Below the pieces are notes generated by a model that saw nothing but the letters and a program-made list of their open reading frames with translations, searched no databases and was not told the origin of the DNA. A stretch of 64,000 nucleotides of DNA from Cyanophora paradoxa CCMP329 (taxonomy: Eukaryota > Plantae > Glaucophyta), in NCBI GenBank assembly GCA_004431415.1, contig QPMI01000281.1, positions 32,290 to 96,289 on the forward strand, written 5' to 3'. Positions 61,901 through 64,000 of this stretch are shown here, in pieces. Every line of letters begins with the position of its first letter. Position 1 is the first letter of the stretch. The position numbers and the translations under genes were made by a program.

Positions 61901-64000
61901 TCCCTCCAGGTCCTCGCCTCCCTCGCCGCCGCCCCGTGCGCCCGCCCGGCTCCCCGCGCCCCCCGCCCCCCGCCCTGCCTTCCACCCCCTGCTGAGCGGC
62001 GCCGCGCAGGGGCACCTTCGCGCTGGTCACGTCGCGGCCGGTGCAGGAGGGGCCATGCCGCCCGGCTTCCGCCGCACCAAGCACGGCCCCCGCGCCGCCG
62101 TCCTCGAGCTGCCGGGCTTCGAGTCCCCGGGTGCGCGCGCCCCGGCCGCGGCTGGCGCTGCGGCGGCTGAGCGGGGCGGGGCGGGGCGCAGAGGCGACGC
62201 GGGGCTTCGTGGCGCGGCTGGTGGAGGTCGAGCCGAGCGGGGTCCCCCTATGGCTCGCCGAGGAGCTCGCCGAGAAGGTCCCCCACGCCCCGCCGGCCCC
62301 CGCTCGCCGCCTGACGGGGGGCAGTCGCGGGGGAACCCCTTCGTCCTCTCCGAGTTCGTCGACTTCCTCACCGAGAACGACTGGGTCACCGTCGCCAAGG
62401 GCCGCGTGCGCGGGGGTCGGGGGCGGCGGCGGGGGCGGGGGCGGCAGGGGCGCTGAGGGCGCCGGCGGGCGCGCAGGTGACGCCCAACTTCAAGGCGTGG
62501 GAGGAGGACGGGGGCGAGGCTGGCCGGGGCGGCGGGGCCCGCTCGCGCCTCCCCATCCCCCTCCCCGACAGGTGCGGGGCCCCCGCTCCGCCCCGTCCCG
62601 CGCCTCGCTCACCGTGACGTCACGCCCCCCGCGGCAGCTTCGAGCGGCTGATCATGTCGCGCCTCGACCGCCTGCCCCCCGCCCCGGCCCTCGTCTGCAA
62701 GCTCTGCTCCGCCCTCGTGCGCCGGCCGCCGCGGGGCGCGAGGCGAGGGGAGAGGGGCCGAGGGGCGGGGCGGGCGGAGCCAGGGCCAGCGGTTCGAGTA
62801 CGGGGCGGCGCTGCACGCGCTCGACGGCATCACCGCCGACATCGACGTCGCCTTCTGCCTCGCCGTGCCCCCGCCCCGCCCCGCCCCGCCCCGGCCCCGG
62901 CCCCGCCCCGAAGCCGGCCGCCGACCGCCGCGGGGCGGGGGCAGGAGCTGGAGAAGCACGGCGTGCTCCTCGTCAACAAGCAGGGCGTCGGCATCTTCGA
63001 GTGCAAGTGCGCCGCCCCGCCCCGCCCCGCACCCGAGGGGGTCAGGGCCAGGGCCCCCGCTCTGCGCCCCGCCCGCCCCCGCTGAGCGCCCCCGCCCCCA
63101 GATTCGTCCAGTCCTCCGTCTTCTCCCTCCTCTACTCCCTCCTCGGGAGCGACGACCGCGCCTCCGTGCGCTGCGCCCCTCCCGCTCCCGCCCACCGCCC
63201 GGGCTGAGGCGGGGGGCTGGCGGGCAGGTGCACCTGCGGGCGGCGCTCTACTTTGAGCGGACGGCCTCGGCGCGCTCCGCGCACGCCTCGGCCAAGGCCG
63301 CGCACCACTTCCTCGAGGCCGGCGAGCCCGACCGCGCCCTCCCCCACCTCGACGCCGCCGGCCCGCCCCGCCCCGCCCCGCCCGCCCCGCCCGCGCCGCG
63401 CCGCGCCGCGCTGACTGTGGGCGCTCGGGGCCGGCAGCGGTGGAGGCGCTGCGGGACGGGGAGCTGGGGGAGGCGGCGGCGATGGCGCGGCGCGCGCTGG
63501 CCGTCGCCGAGCGGCGCGGGGCGGCGCACGCCGAGGGCGAGGAGCCGGCGGCGCGCGCCCTCGCCACCGCCGCCCGCTGCCGCGTCGCCGCCGACGCCCT
63601 CCTCGGCCTCGGCCGCGCCCCCGAGGCCGCCGACGCCGCCGAGCGCGCCCTCGCCGCCCTCGCCGCCCCTCCGCCCGCGCCGCCCGAGCACCGCCGGCAC
63701 CCTGCTCGGCCTCGCGCGGGCCCTCCTGCGCGGCCCGCGGCCACCGCCCCGCCCCGCCGACCCCTGGTGCGCCGCCCTTGGAGCGCTGCCGGGGGCGGGG
63801 CGTCGCTGAGGGGGCGGGCAGGGGGGCGGAGGGTGCGCCGGGGCCCGTGATGGAGGCGCTGATGGCGGAGGGGCTGGCGGAGGCTGCCGGCCCGGGCCAG
63901 GCGCAGCGGGCGCGCGCCGCCGCCCTCACGGCCGCCCTCGCCGCCCACCGCCGCTGCCTCGGCCGCGCCGGCGACACCGCCTCCGCCGTCCGCGCCGGTC
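57477..64000 (+). CDS. Soluble adenylyl cyclase (ADCY10/sAC)-like protein: two class III cyclase domains + STAND NTPase + helical repeats; 3' end beyond window
   Basis: C1 VFVDVV..GADALSRALN..GGDCLQFL|GDALL, LRVHIG. C2 AEMRMATTLF, DDKG, GLATGR|VFCGEVG..ILGDACNLAAR|LMSKA, VKG. P-loop EAEMGMGKS, Walker B VLVVDDL, SRGNPF, IMSRLDRL. Start approximate. Confidence 0.88.

Noticed and set aside
31731-64000. Rhodopsin plus cyclase as an enzyme-rhodopsin or light-signalling module
   Set aside because: About 24 kb apart, on opposite strands, separated by unrelated genes. The rhodopsin has its own stop and a short C-tail.

Overview
Gene-dense eukaryotic nuclear DNA with many very short (mostly ~45-90 nt) spliceosomal introns. 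The source is probably a flagellated alga with a primary plastid. A glaucophyte such as Cyanophora is my inference, from a Phe-motif transit peptide on nuclear plastid rps15, ciliary genes and a type-1 rhodopsin. About 18 protein genes can be read: PGM3 (partial), a long coiled-coil protein, EB1, SYF1, BRX1, a CEP164-like WW/IQ protein, CEP104, syntaxin-16, plastid rps15, an ankyrin-like protein, a microbial rhodopsin, RRN3, a CGFS glutaredoxin, RP2, a DNAH1-type dynein heavy chain, a soluble-adenylyl-cyclase-like STAND protein (partial) and two weak hypotheticals. Most six-frame ORFs are GC-rich artefacts. The most notable observations are: (1) a 511-aa rhodopsin with a ~250-aa unrecognised N-terminal domain and a D-S-D helix-C motif; (2) a 2-kb near-perfect palindrome with GAG...CTC termini and a TAG direct repeat, inside a mosaic of copied fragments of neighbouring genes and a dispersed repeat; (3) a high frequency of GC-AG introns; (4) alternating G-rich/C-rich blocks written into synonymous codon positions and phased to introns; (5) an RP2 whose myristoylation motif starts at CTG rather than ATG. 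Gene models were spliced by eye and no database search was run.
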